Position numbers and translations under genes: made by a program. Positions 8,274-17,249 of a stretch of 36,145 nt of DNA are shown here, piece after piece (position 1 is the first letter of the stretch; every line of letters begins with the position of its first letter). The notes beneath the pieces were generated by a model that did no database searches, was not told where the DNA came from, and saw nothing but the letters and a program-made list of their open reading frames with translations. This DNA is from Bacillota bacterium (lineage in GTDB: Bacteria > Bacillota > Desulfotomaculia > Desulfotomaculales > JAJYZD01). The stretch covers positions 1 to 36,145 of the forward strand of contig JAJYZD010000002.1 in assembly GCA_021800315.1 (NCBI GenBank), read 5' to 3'.

Positions 8274-9806
8274 GTGGCTGAACGTAGTGAAATGAAGAAG
8301 ACCCTCACGCTGACCGGAATAACGGTCAACGCTATGGCGTTGATCTCCCCGGGGTCACTCTTTTGGCTCACCTACCAATTACAGGCGGCGAATACCGACC
8401 TGGCCGGTAAGTCTACGGCTATGGATATTTTCTGGGGCTTAATCGCCGCCCTCATCCTATCCTTCCTGACGGCTTTTTCTTATTCGTACCTGGCCACATT
8501 GTACCCGGAAGCCGGTACCGGCAGTTCGTACTACTTTGCGGAACGGGCGTTCATGGACGACCCGTCCATCTTTCCGAAGTTCGCCAGGCTGACCAAGTAC
8601 GTGGTGGGCTGGTTTTCCCACCTTTACTACTGGGCCTATCCCGGAGTAACCGTCGCCATGTTCGCCACCTTGACCGCGTACATCGCCGCCGCCTTCGGGG
8701 CGACCCTCCCGGTCCCGGTCGAGATCCTCGTTGCCCTGGTCTATGCCTTGCTGGTCGGCTACGTGGCCTACCGCGGCATCAACGGGTCCACTCTGAGCAA
8801 CCTGTTGATCACCGTGATCCAACTCGTCGCGCTGGTCGTCATCTCGGTCCTGGCCATAGCCTACCGCGTGATTAATCCCCAGCACGTCCAGTTTGTGTAT
8901 CAGAACATGCTCGACGTGGTGAAGCCGCATAACTTCTCCGCCATCATGTTCCAGGCCACCATAGCCATCTTTCTCCTGGTCGGTTTCGAATCGGCCACGG
9001 CCCTTACCGCCGAGGCGAAGTCGCACAAGGACATCGGCAAGGGCGTTATCGTCTCCCTGATCTTACAGGGTTTAATCTTCTACGTACTGGCCTATTTCGC
9101 GGCCGGCGCCTGGATGAACAATTCCTACACCGTAACCGTCGGCAAGACCGTCAACCACGGTTTCGCCGCGGCGGCCGCCTCCAGCGCCCCCATCGGTGAC
9201 ATGGTGACCAACCTGGGCAACGTCTTCCTGCACGGTAACGGCTTCGTTCTCATGATCATAGTCGCCGCCACGGTGGCCATAGCGTTGTTCGGTACCACCC
9301 TGGCCTGCATCAATACCGGGGTCCGGATCACCTACGCCATGTCCAAGGACAAGGAGATGCCGACGGTTCTGGGCGCCCTGCATCCCAGGCACGCCATTCC
9401 GCACACCTCGATCTGGATCCTGACGGGTATTTCGTTCGTGCTCGGCGCCTTCGGCGTGCTTTCCATCACCAACCTCTCGGCGGTCACCCTGATTTCCAAC
9501 GTCGGCACCTTCATCCTGTACGCCATGACCAACCTGGTCACCCTGGTCGCCTTCCTGCGCCATCCCGGGCGCAACAGGGTCAAGCATACGGTGGTACCGG
9601 TCCTCGGCGTCCTGGTCAATGTGGCCATGCTCGCAGCCGTCTTCTATCTGGGCATCGCGGGCGGCGGCATCGGGCAGCAGGCTTCCATAATCGCGATTAC
9701 CGCGTCGGTGATCTGGACGGTCATCGGTCTGGTCTACTTCCTCGGCAACTCGAAGAAGTTGAACCGGAAGATCGTCGGCAACACACCCGTTGCCCACAAC
9801 GGATAG
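8274..9806 (+). CDS. APC-superfamily amino-acid permease
   Basis: 510 aa with about 12 hydrophobic segments. GTG start 9 nt after AAAGGAG. The N-terminal pattern ITVNAMALISPGS...is typical of the APC family. Confidence 0.88.
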   Translation: MAERSEMKKTLTLTGITVNAMALISPGSLFWLTYQLQAANTDLAGKSTAMDIFWGLIAALILSFLTAFSYSYLATLYPEAGTGSSYYFAERAFMDDPSIFPKFARLTKYVVGWFSHLYYWAYPGVTVAMFATLTAYIAAAFGATLPVPVEILVALVYALLVGYVAYRGINGSTLSNLLITVIQLVALVVISVLAIAYRVINPQHVQFVYQNMLDVVKPHNFSAIMFQATIAIFLLVGFESATALTAEAKSHKDIGKGVIVSLILQGLIFYVLAYFAAGAWMNNSYTVTVGKTVNHGFAAAAASSAPIGDMVTNLGNVFLHGNGFVLMIIVAATVAIALFGTTLACINTGVRITYAMSKDKEMPTVLGALHPRHAIPHTSIWILTGISFVLGAFGVLSITNLSAVTLISNVGTFILYAMTNLVTLVAFLRHPGRNRVKHTVVPVLGVLVNVAMLAAVFYLGIAGGGIGQQASIIAITASVIWTVIGLVYFLGNSKKLNRKIVGNTPVAHNG

Positions 9807-9917
9807 CAGGTTAAGATATAGCGTGGAATGACGGTGAAACAGGCTCGTTGGTTCGTTAAAAGCCATGGCGGCAGGGCGCTGGAGCAGCGCCCCGTTGCCC
9901 GTTGGAGGGTGTTTTTC

Positions 9918-10706
9918 ATGCGGGACGCGTCGCTCGCGGCCGGCGCAGGGCCGAAAAAATATCAGGTCTGCAGTCGTACGGATAAAGGTAAAGTCCGGCC
10001 GCGTAATGAAGATTATCACGCCTACTATATTCCGTCCGACCGGGATCTCAAGGAAAAGTGGGGCAGCCTCTTCGCCGTCTCGGACGGGGTGGGCGGCTAC
10101 GCGGGCGGTGAGGCGGCCAGCGCGGAGGCGGTCAACGTGCTGCTCCAGGAATATTATTTCGGCGACCATTCGACCAGGCTGCCGGACCGGCTGCAGGACG
10201 CCTTCAACTGCACGGCGCTGCACCTTTTCGACGTGGGCCACCAACACAAGGGTTTTGCCAATATGCAGTGCACCCTGACGGCGCTCCTGATCCGGACCCA
10301 CCGGTACCACATCGCCCACGTGGGCGATTCCAAGGCCTTTTTGCTCCGTGACGGCAAGCTGCGGCAACTGACCAAAGACCACAGTCTGGTGGCCAAACTG
10401 CTCCGTACGGGGCTGGTTTCGGCCGAGCAGGCCCGGAACCATCCTTACAAGCACATGCTCCTGCGGGCCCTGGGCGGAAATCCGATTACGCCGGTAGACA
10501 TGTATTCCGGCAACGTGCTGCCGGACGACGTTTTCTGCCTGGTCAGCGACGGTGTTCTGGAACACGCCACCGAAGACGAACTGGAAACCTGGCTGCTGGA
10601 AAAAGGAAACTCGCAAACAAGTTTAAACCGGTTGATCGACTGCCTCAACGAAAGAGGCGGGTTGGACAATATGACCATCATGGCGGTAAAAGCCCTGGCC
10701 CACTGA
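9918..10706 (+). CDS. PP2C/PPM-family Ser/Thr protein phosphatase
   Basis: RPRNEDY, FAVSDGVGGYAGGEAAS, HVGDSKAFL, LVSDGV and GGLDNMTIMAV motifs. ATG 9918 is preceded by GGAGGG. Confidence 0.9.
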   Translation: MRDASLAAGAGPKKYQVCSRTDKGKVRPRNEDYHAYYIPSDRDLKEKWGSLFAVSDGVGGYAGGEAASAEAVNVLLQEYYFGDHSTRLPDRLQDAFNCTALHLFDVGHQHKGFANMQCTLTALLIRTHRYHIAHVGDSKAFLLRDGKLRQLTKDHSLVAKLLRTGLVSAEQARNHPYKHMLLRALGGNPITPVDMYSGNVLPDDVFCLVSDGVLEHATEDELETWLLEKGNSQTSLNRLIDCLNERGGLDNMTIMAVKALAH

Positions 10707-10723
10707 CACGGGCGACGACAGGA

Positions 10724-11704
10724 GTGATTAACGCATTGCCGGAAACAGGCAGCGTGATTGAAAACAGGTACACCCTGGTCCGTCCTTTGGGACAAGGCGG
10801 TTTTTCCCGTGTCTTCCTGGCTTCGGACCAGGAAACGGGAAGCCTGGTCGTACTCAAATTTCCCGACCTGGCCCAGATCGGCGACCCGGCGGTTTACGAG
10901 CGGTTTAGGCGGGAAATGGCCATCGCCAAACTGCTCGACCACCCCGACCTGCCCGGAGCCGTCGCCATGTCGGAGGGAAACCCGCCCTTCCTGGTCCTTA
11001 AGTATGTGGCGGGAGAATCGCTGGTCCGGGTCATGGCGGAAAGGGGCCGCTTCCCGGTGGCCGAAACCGTGGCGATGGTGGCCGGTCTTTTGGAAGCCCT
11101 GGACTACTGTCACCAGCGGGGAGTCTATCACCGCGACCTGAAGCCGGAAAACCTGCTCGTTTCTCCGGACGGACGGCTGAAAATCATCGATTTCGGCATC
11201 GCCATGCTGGAAGGCGGGCCCCGCGTAACCTGGCGGGGGTTTTCCGGTCTGATGGGTACGCCGGAATATATGGCGCCGGAACAGATCAAGGGGGAGCGGG
11301 GCGGCGCCCGGACGGACATCTACGCCGCGGGCTGCCTCACGTACCATCTGTTGGCGGGCAGGCCCCCCTTTACCGGCGACAATCCACTGGCCGTCATGCA
11401 CCAGCACCTGACCAGCGAACCGGAGGCCCTGACAACGGTCCGCCGGGATGTGCCGCCGGGCCTTTGGTCGTGCCTGCGGCGGGCAACCCGCAGGCGCAAG
11501 GAAGAGCGTTACGCGACGGCCGGGGAAATGGCCGCCGATCTGCGCAGCCCGGAACAGGTGGATCTAAAATGGATCCGGGAAGGCGATCCGCCGCTGGTTT
11601 CGGTCCTGCGCGACCAAAAAGCCCCCGTGCTGTGGATCTACGGGGCGGTCACCGCGGGGTTGGTCCTGGCCCTGTTGGTTATTCTCCTTACTTTCCGGCG
11701 TTAG
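10724..11704 (+). CDS. Hanks-type Ser/Thr protein kinase with single C-terminal TM helix and no extracellular domain (YabT-like architecture)
   Basis: GQGGFSRVF glycine loop, HRDLKPENLL, DFGIA, GTPEYMAPE. C-terminal hydrophobic segment VLWIYGAVTAGLVLALLVILLTF. Start (GTG 10724 or TTG 10736) is uncertain. Confidence 0.9.
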   Translation: MINALPETGSVIENRYTLVRPLGQGGFSRVFLASDQETGSLVVLKFPDLAQIGDPAVYERFRREMAIAKLLDHPDLPGAVAMSEGNPPFLVLKYVAGESLVRVMAERGRFPVAETVAMVAGLLEALDYCHQRGVYHRDLKPENLLVSPDGRLKIIDFGIAMLEGGPRVTWRGFSGLMGTPEYMAPEQIKGERGGARTDIYAAGCLTYHLLAGRPPFTGDNPLAVMHQHLTSEPEALTTVRRDVPPGLWSCLRRATRRRKEERYATAGEMAADLRSPEQVDLKWIREGDPPLVSVLRDQKAPVLWIYGAVTAGLVLALLVILLTFRR

Positions 11705-11838
11705 CAGGAAGAAAGAAATCGTCCCCGACAGTAGACATCATGACGGCCGGGCTTTTTGGTAAATTGCCTCAAAAAGATTCTGATCCCGGCAGCCCGGTGG
11801 GCCGACGCGGTTATCCTTACAAATTTCGGGCGGGTGGT

Positions 11839-12846
11839 ATGATCTTGAAGCTGCAAAATCTCTCCGTGCTCAGCGACAACTTGCTTTATCTCGTTATATT
11901 GGCCGCTGTATTCAGCCTGGTTTTCCCCGGCCCGGGAACCGGTCTGCAGCCGCTGGTTACACCCGTGCTGGCCCTGATGGTCTGGTGCATGAGCATGACC
12001 ATCCGGCTCGACGATCTGAAGGCCTCCGTCAGGCGGCCGGTGCTGATCGCGGCCGCCCTGTTCCTCGGCTTCGTACCGATGCCTCTTGTGGGCTGGTTCC
12101 TCGGTAAGGTTTTCTTTGGCCCGGGGAGCGGTCTGGCTACCGGACAGTTGCTGGTGGCCTCGCTGCCGTCCGATGTCGCCGCCCCGTTCATGGTCTACCT
12201 GGCCTCGGGCGACACCGCCTTGGCCACGGCCGCCTTGACGGCCTCGGTGGCCCTCACCCCCCTGCTGCTGCCACTGCTGCTGACCTCCCTGGGACGGGTC
12301 CACCTGCTCATACCCATGTCCTACCTGATGTCCGAGCTGTTTATCATCATTGTGGTACCGGTTGTCCTGGGGGTCTTTCTAAATAACCGCTATACGGGCT
12401 TGCGCCACTACGAACCAGTCTACGCGGCGGTGTCTTCCCTCAGTTACCTGTTGCTCCTGGTGATCGTGGTTTCCGCCAACGCCCCCGGCATAAAAAACCT
12501 GCAAAGCCGTGCCCTGTTGATCCTACTGGCCGCGCTCCTGTTAAACGCCGCCGGTTACCTCCTGGGTCTCGCCTCGCTCCTCCTGACCAGGGACAGGCGC
12601 AGGGTGACCGCGTTGCTCTTTCTGACCAGCACCAGGGAATTCGGCATTGCCATAGCGGCCGCGGCGGTCATGGGCCTTCCCGGGGAAATGACCATCCCGG
12701 CCGTTTTCTACGCCGTGGTCCAGATGCTGACCTCACCCCTGATGGCCAGACTGGTGAGGCGGCTGGAGCCCCCCGTCCCGCCGGGACGGGCTGAAACCGC
12801 AGAGGGGACGTCCCACCCTGATCCGCCTCAGGCGGAGACCACGTGA
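11839..12846 (+). CDS. bile acid:Na+ symporter (BASS/SBF-like) family transporter
   Basis: Polytopic membrane protein with ...MSMTIRLDDL..., GQLLVASLPSDVAAPFMVYLASGD and TSTREFGIAIA patterns typical of SBF-like carriers. The ORF-track start 11464 overlaps the kinase and is rejected; ATG 11839 is chosen (alternative ATG 11740). Confidence 0.8.
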   Translation: MILKLQNLSVLSDNLLYLVILAAVFSLVFPGPGTGLQPLVTPVLALMVWCMSMTIRLDDLKASVRRPVLIAAALFLGFVPMPLVGWFLGKVFFGPGSGLATGQLLVASLPSDVAAPFMVYLASGDTALATAALTASVALTPLLLPLLLTSLGRVHLLIPMSYLMSELFIIIVVPVVLGVFLNNRYTGLRHYEPVYAAVSSLSYLLLLVIVVSANAPGIKNLQSRALLILLAALLLNAAGYLLGLASLLLTRDRRRVTALLFLTSTREFGIAIAAAAVMGLPGEMTIPAVFYAVVQMLTSPLMARLVRRLEPPVPPGRAETAEGTSHPDPPQAETT

Positions 12847-13025
12847 GTATTCGACCGTCGAACCGTTCGTCTCCGCCGTTCCATGGCAACGGCTCACGAC
12901 CCACCCTCCGGGCGGGTACCCCGCCGGGCTTCCGGTAACACATGGAGGACCGGCAGGGTTGGGGTCGCTCAAACTTCTCCCAATCCCGGTGACCGGGGGA
13001 GTCCGTGGCCGTACCACCGCGTCCC

Positions 13026-13409
13026 TTACTCCTCCGGCATGGGCGGATACATCATGAGGGCGTGGTTGACGGCCACTTGGTCGTCGGCGACCAGTTCGCC
13101 ACGCGCGTCGCGGACCTGGCGATGGATGGTGTTGTGGCGCACGTAGCCGCCCCACGGTTCCTGGGTGATCCAGTTCTTCCCCTGGTAGACGCGGTAGCGG
13201 AACCCGGCCGGTTGGTCCGACCACCAGGCTCCTTCGAGGTGGGTCGCCGAAAGCGCCAGACGCAGGTGGAAAGACGTCAGGTACCGGGCGTAACAGCGCC
13301 GCAGCCGGAAAAAAGCCGAGGTGCATGCGGTACGCAGGGGGGATCTTGACCGGGGCCGCGGGACGAAAGCCGCCCCGGGTCGATTTTCGATTCCTGGTAA
13401 CAAGGGCAT
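13026..13409 (-). CDS. hypothetical protein (orphan; possibly a gene remnant)
   Basis: ATG 13409 follows GAGGGAG. The C-terminal 70 codons (HLEGAWWSDQPAGFRYRVYQGKNWITQEPWGGYVRHNTIHRQVRDARGELVADDQVAVNHALMMY) have strong G/C third-position bias. The N-terminal third is R/P/S-rich and unconvincing. No family recognised. Confidence 0.35.
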   Translation of the reverse strand: MPLLPGIENRPGAAFVPRPRSRSPLRTACTSAFFRLRRCYARYLTSFHLRLALSATHLEGAWWSDQPAGFRYRVYQGKNWITQEPWGGYVRHNTIHRQVRDARGELVADDQVAVNHALMMYPPMPEE

Positions 13410-13563
13410 CCGGCTCCCTCTAGGTTCATTTCCCGCCGGTCCTTCCAGCGGCGAAAGTCTCCCCGTTGTTTCTTTCGATGGTCATGCTAAATTTACCTTT
13501 CCGGCCGGTCAGCTGCCAGAACAGGGTGACGTTATGAAAAAGTAAAAAATACAAGCCCTCCAA

Positions 13564-13591
13564 GAAGGAACTGTCAGCCATCCCGTAGAAT
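13564..13591 (+). promoter_or_regulatory. sigma-H-like promoter upstream of spoVG
   Basis: GAAGGAACT (13564-13572), 12 nt, then GTAGAAT (13585-13591). This fits RNAGGAWWW-N11-12-RNNGAAT, and B. subtilis spoVG is the classical sigma-H promoter. Confidence 0.35.
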
Positions 13592-13656
13592 GGATAGACA
13601 CCAGGGTTCTTGGCAGCAAGGCGGGTCCTGCGGGGGAAAGGTGGTGACAGCATAGT

Positions 13657-13911
13657 ATGCAGGTAACCGATGTCAGGGTACGCAGGGTGCTCAGTGAAGG
13701 AAAGATGAAGGCGATCGTCTCGGTCACCCTGGACAATGCCTTCGTCATTCACGACGTAAAGGTGGTGGAAGGACAAAACGGCCTTTTCGTGGCTATGCCC
13801 AGCCGCAAAACAGCTGACGGGGAGTTCCGGGATATCGCCCACCCCATCAGCACTTCCGCCCGGGAGATCATCCAGAGCGCGGTGCTGACGGCCTACGGGC
13901 AGGCCATCTAG
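13657..13911 (+). CDS. spoVG: septation/sporulation regulator SpoVG
   Basis: [11 protein letters not shown]...[36 protein letters not shown]...FRDIAHPI is an unmistakable SpoVG sequence. Confidence 0.95.
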   Translation: MQVTDVRVRRVLSEGKMKAIVSVTLDNAFVIHDVKVVEGQNGLFVAMPSRKTADGEFRDIAHPISTSAREIIQSAVLTAYGQAI

Positions 13912-13937
13912 ATTCGACGCGAAAATCGGTTTTACGG

Positions 13938-13967
13938 GAGAGCTTCACAGCTCTCTTTGTTTTTTTT
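13938..13967 (+). terminator. intrinsic terminator after spoVG
   Basis: GAGAGCT tcac AGCTCTC followed by TTTGTTTTTTTT. Confidence 0.7.
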
Positions 13968-14012
13968 GCCTGCTGCGGACCTCCCCGTGCGGGGAATGTG
14001 AAAAAAATCTCA

Positions 14013-14041
14013 TTGTGGAACGTCAATCAATAGTATATAAT
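14013..14041 (+). promoter_or_regulatory. candidate sigma-A promoter for glmU-prs
   Basis: TTGTGG (14013-14018), 17 nt, then TATAAT (14036-14041). Confidence 0.35.
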
Positions 14042-14098
14042 AGAGTTGTCCTTTCCCTTAAGGTTGGGAATATTTTGCGGTTTAAGGAGGCCCGGTCC

Positions 14099-15493
14099 AT
14101 GCCCCTGGCAGCGGTGATCCTGGCGGCGGGTCAGGGAACGAGGATGAAGTCGGCCTTGCCGAAGGTGCTGCACCCGGTTGCGGGCCGGCCGATGATCGAG
14201 TACGTCCTGGATGCCGTGCGCGGAGCCGGGGCGGACCGCGTCATCGTGGTGGTGGGTTATGAAGCGGGAGCGGTGGAAGCGCTCCTTACGGACCGGGTGG
14301 AAGCCGTCCGGCAGCCGGAACAGCTTGGCACCGGACACGCCGTGCTTCAGGCCGGACCGCTTCTTACCGGCTATGACGGCGATATCCTGGTGCTGTGCGG
14401 TGACACTCCACTCGTCACCGCCGAAGACCTCCTGACCCTGGTCCGGGCCCACCGCGGGGCGAAGGTCGCGGCCACGGTTTTAACGGCCGAACTATCCAAG
14501 CCGGAAGGGTACGGCCGGATCATCCGGGACGCCGGGGGCGGGGTCACCGGCATCGTGGAGCAAAAGGACGCCGGCCCGGCGGAACTGGCGGTCCGGGAAG
14601 TCAACAGCGGCATCTACTGCTTCGCCGCCGGCGCCTTATTCGACGCCCTGGCGGAGTTGACCCCGGACAACGCCCAGGGGGAGTATTACCTGACGGACTG
14701 CGTCCGCCGGCTCAAGGAGGCCGGACAGGGGGTTTTCGCGGTGCGGATCCCGGTTGCTACCCGTATTTCCGGCATCAATACGCGGGTCCAGTTGGCACGG
14801 GTGGAAGCCCTGATGCGGCGGGAGATCGTGGAGAGGCTGATGCTTTCCGGTGTAACCGTGCCGGATCCTTCTTCCATCTTCATCGACGCCGGGGTGCGGG
14901 TGGGCAGGGACAGCGTTGTTTACCCGTTTACCTTTCTGGAGGGCCAAACCGTGGTGGGCGAGCGGTGCCGGATCGGTCCCGGGGCCCGGTTGGTCGATGC
15001 CACGCTTGCGGACGGGGTTGAGGTGCAGTACGCGGTGGTCAAGGGCAGTTCCCTGGCCTCCGGCGTTACGGTGGGGCCGTTCGCGTACATACGCCCGGAC
15101 TGCGCCATCGGGGAGGGGGTGAAGGTAGGCGATTTTGTAGAGCTGAAGAAATCGGTCATCGGTCCCGGTTCCAAGGTGCCTCACCTGAGTTACATAGGCG
15201 ATGCCACCCTGGGTGAGAACGTCAACATCGGTGCCGGTACCATCACCTGCAACTATGACGGCCGGCGAAAATGGCCCACCCGCATCGGATCAAGGTCGTT
15301 CATAGGCAGCAACACCAACCTGGTGGCTCCGGTAAACATAGGCGAGGAGGCCGTTACCGGAGCCGGATCCACCATCACCAGGGACGTGCCGGACGGCGCG
15401 CTGGGGGTGGCCAGGGCCAGGCAGGAGAACCTGCCCGGCTGGTCGGGCCGACAAAGCGGACTAATCAAAAAATCATTCCCACCGGATGAATGA
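14099..15493 (+). CDS. glmU: bifunctional UDP-GlcNAc pyrophosphorylase / GlcN-1-P N-acetyltransferase
   Basis: AVILAAGQGTRMKSALPKVLH N-terminus plus C-terminal left-handed beta-helix hexapeptide repeats. ATG 14099 lies 9 nt after AAGGAGG; ORF-track start 14015 is rejected. Confidence 0.95.
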   Translation: MPLAAVILAAGQGTRMKSALPKVLHPVAGRPMIEYVLDAVRGAGADRVIVVVGYEAGAVEALLTDRVEAVRQPEQLGTGHAVLQAGPLLTGYDGDILVLCGDTPLVTAEDLLTLVRAHRGAKVAATVLTAELSKPEGYGRIIRDAGGGVTGIVEQKDAGPAELAVREVNSGIYCFAAGALFDALAELTPDNAQGEYYLTDCVRRLKEAGQGVFAVRIPVATRISGINTRVQLARVEALMRREIVERLMLSGVTVPDPSSIFIDAGVRVGRDSVVYPFTFLEGQTVVGERCRIGPGARLVDATLADGVEVQYAVVKGSSLASGVTVGPFAYIRPDCAIGEGVKVGDFVELKKSVIGPGSKVPHLSYIGDATLGENVNIGAGTITCNYDGRRKWPTRIGSRSFIGSNTNLVAPVNIGEEAVTGAGSTITRDVPDGALGVARARQENLPGWSGRQSGLIKKSFPPDE

Positions 15494-15511
15494 TGGGGGT
15501 TTTAGTCACTC

Positions 15512-16459
15512 ATGCCATCCCGTGACAACAGGCTAAAGATTTTCAGCGGCAATGCCAACGCCGAACTCGCCGAGGAGATTGCCCATTACGCGGGGGTTCC
15601 CCTGGGAGCCGCCCAGGTTACCAGGTTCTGCGACGGGGAAATCGAGGTGCGGGTAAACGAGAGCGTTCGTGGTTCCGATGTTTACCTGGTGCAACCCACC
15701 TGTACACCCGTCAACGAGACGCTTATGGAACTTTTGGTGATGATCGATGCCATGCGGCGGGCCTCGGCCAGGCGGATCACCGCGGTGATGCCTTATTACG
15801 GGTATGCCCGCCAGGACCGGAAGACCAGGGGCCGGCAACCCATAACGGCCAAGCTGGTTTCCAACCTGCTTACGGCCAGCGGGGCCCGGCGGGTCATGAC
15901 CATGGACCTGCACGCCGGGCAGATCCAGGGGTTTTTCGACATTCCGGTCGACCACCTGCCCGCCGGCCCTATTCTTGCCGAATATTTCCAACAACAGGAC
16001 ATGGATGACGTAGTGGTGGTGGCGCCGGATCTGGGCGGAGTGACCAGGGCCAGGGACATGGCCGAACGGCTGGGAGCGTCCATCGCCATCATCGACAAGC
16101 GCCGCCCGGCGCCGAACGTGGCGGAGATTTCCAACCTGATCGGCGAAGTGCAGGGGCGCCGGGTCCTCATGGTGGACGACATCATCGATACGGCCGGAAC
16201 CATTACCAAGGGCGCCGAGGCTTTGAAAGTGTGGGGGGCTACGGAAATCTACGTGGCCTGTACCCATCCGGTGCTTTCCGGGCCGGCTATCGAGCGTCTC
16301 AACTGCGCTCCCGTCAAGGAAGTCCTGGTTACCAACACCATACCGGTGCCGGAAGAGAAACTCTCATCCAAGCTGAAGGTGCTTTCGGTGGCGCCGCTTT
16401 TGGGTGAAGCGATCATCCGTATCCACGAGGACCTGTCGGTGAGCAGGCTCTTCGACTGA
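15512..16459 (+). CDS. prs: ribose-phosphate pyrophosphokinase
   Basis: [17 protein letters not shown]..., [10 protein letters not shown] and the PRPP-binding loop [13 protein letters not shown]. Confidence 0.95.
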   Translation: MPSRDNRLKIFSGNANAELAEEIAHYAGVPLGAAQVTRFCDGEIEVRVNESVRGSDVYLVQPTCTPVNETLMELLVMIDAMRRASARRITAVMPYYGYARQDRKTRGRQPITAKLVSNLLTASGARRVMTMDLHAGQIQGFFDIPVDHLPAGPILAEYFQQQDMDDVVVVAPDLGGVTRARDMAERLGASIAIIDKRRPAPNVAEISNLIGEVQGRRVLMVDDIIDTAGTITKGAEALKVWGATEIYVACTHPVLSGPAIERLNCAPVKEVLVTNTIPVPEEKLSSKLKVLSVAPLLGEAIIRIHEDLSVSRLFD

Positions 16460-16541
16460 AAGCGGCCCGGTAACCTTTCCCGGCCGCGGTGAAACAACAA
16501 CGTATTGATGCGCCTGATGCGCCGAAAGACGAGAGGGAGTC

Positions 16542-17120
16542 ATGAAACTGATCGTGGGCCTGGGCAACCCGGGAAAGGAATACGCGGATACCCGTCACAA
16601 CCTTGGTTTTATGGTTATAGATACCCTCGCCCGAATGTACGGGGTGCGCGTGGAGAAGCGGCTCTTCAAGGCGCTGACCGGCACCACGGTGATGGGCCGG
16701 GAAAAGGTCGTTCTGGCCAAGCCGCAGACTTACATGAACCTGAGCGGCCAGGCCGTGGGCTCGCTGGTTTCCTGGTACAAGCCGGACGAACGGGACATTC
16801 TGGTGATCCTGGACGACATGGACCTGCCGCGGGGACGCCTGCGTCTAAAAGCCGACGGCGGTCCCGGGGGGCACAAGGGTCTGGCCTCCGTGATCGAGGT
16901 CTTCGGGACCGACCGGTTCGCCCGGTTGCGGGTGGGGATCGGGCGTCCTCCGGCTTCAACCGACGCCGCCGGCTGGGTGCTGGAAAACTTCGGCCTGATC
17001 GAGCGGGTCCACATCGACACCGCGGTGAAAACCGCGGCCAAAGCCGTGGCCGAATTCGTCACGGGTGGCCTTGACCGGGCCATGAACATATACAACGCTC
17101 CGTCCGATGAAGAAGGTTGA
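16542..17120 (+). CDS. pth: peptidyl-tRNA hydrolase
   Basis: MKLIVGLGNPGKEYADTRHNLGF... and GGHKGLASV motifs. Confidence 0.95.
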   Translation: MKLIVGLGNPGKEYADTRHNLGFMVIDTLARMYGVRVEKRLFKALTGTTVMGREKVVLAKPQTYMNLSGQAVGSLVSWYKPDERDILVILDDMDLPRGRLRLKADGGPGGHKGLASVIEVFGTDRFARLRVGIGRPPASTDAAGWVLENFGLIERVHIDTAVKTAAKAVAEFVTGGLDRAMNIYNAPSDEEG

Positions 17121-17196
17121 AGCGGACCGCAGGTTCCGACGGGGGAGACTGCCCGGCGTCTTTGTAAAAAAACGGGGTAATGGACATATAACTATA

Positions 17197-17223
17197 GAAG
17201 GGCTTTAGGCGCTAAAGCCCTTC
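17197..17223. repeat. perfect 12-bp inverted repeat (hairpin) between pth and mfd
   Basis: GAAGGGCTTTAG gcg CTAAAGCCCTTC. There is no U-tract after it (CTTGTGG), so it is not a canonical terminator. Confidence 0.5.
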
Positions 17224-17249
17224 CTTGTGGTGAGCCGTTTTCCGGGAGT

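Noticed and set aside
9874-9892. Hairpin GGGCGCT ggagc AGCGCCC between the permease and the PP2C gene, considered as a terminator
   Set aside because: No U-tract follows it (CGTTGCCCGTTGG). It lies only about 25 nt before the PP2C start and its SD, so read-through co-transcription seems more likely.
11464-11838. N-terminal 125-aa extension of the BASS transporter ORF overlapping the kinase gene
   Set aside because: The extension is R/G/P-rich, overlaps the well-supported kinase C-terminus in another frame, and the transporter homology begins only at MILKLQNL (11839).
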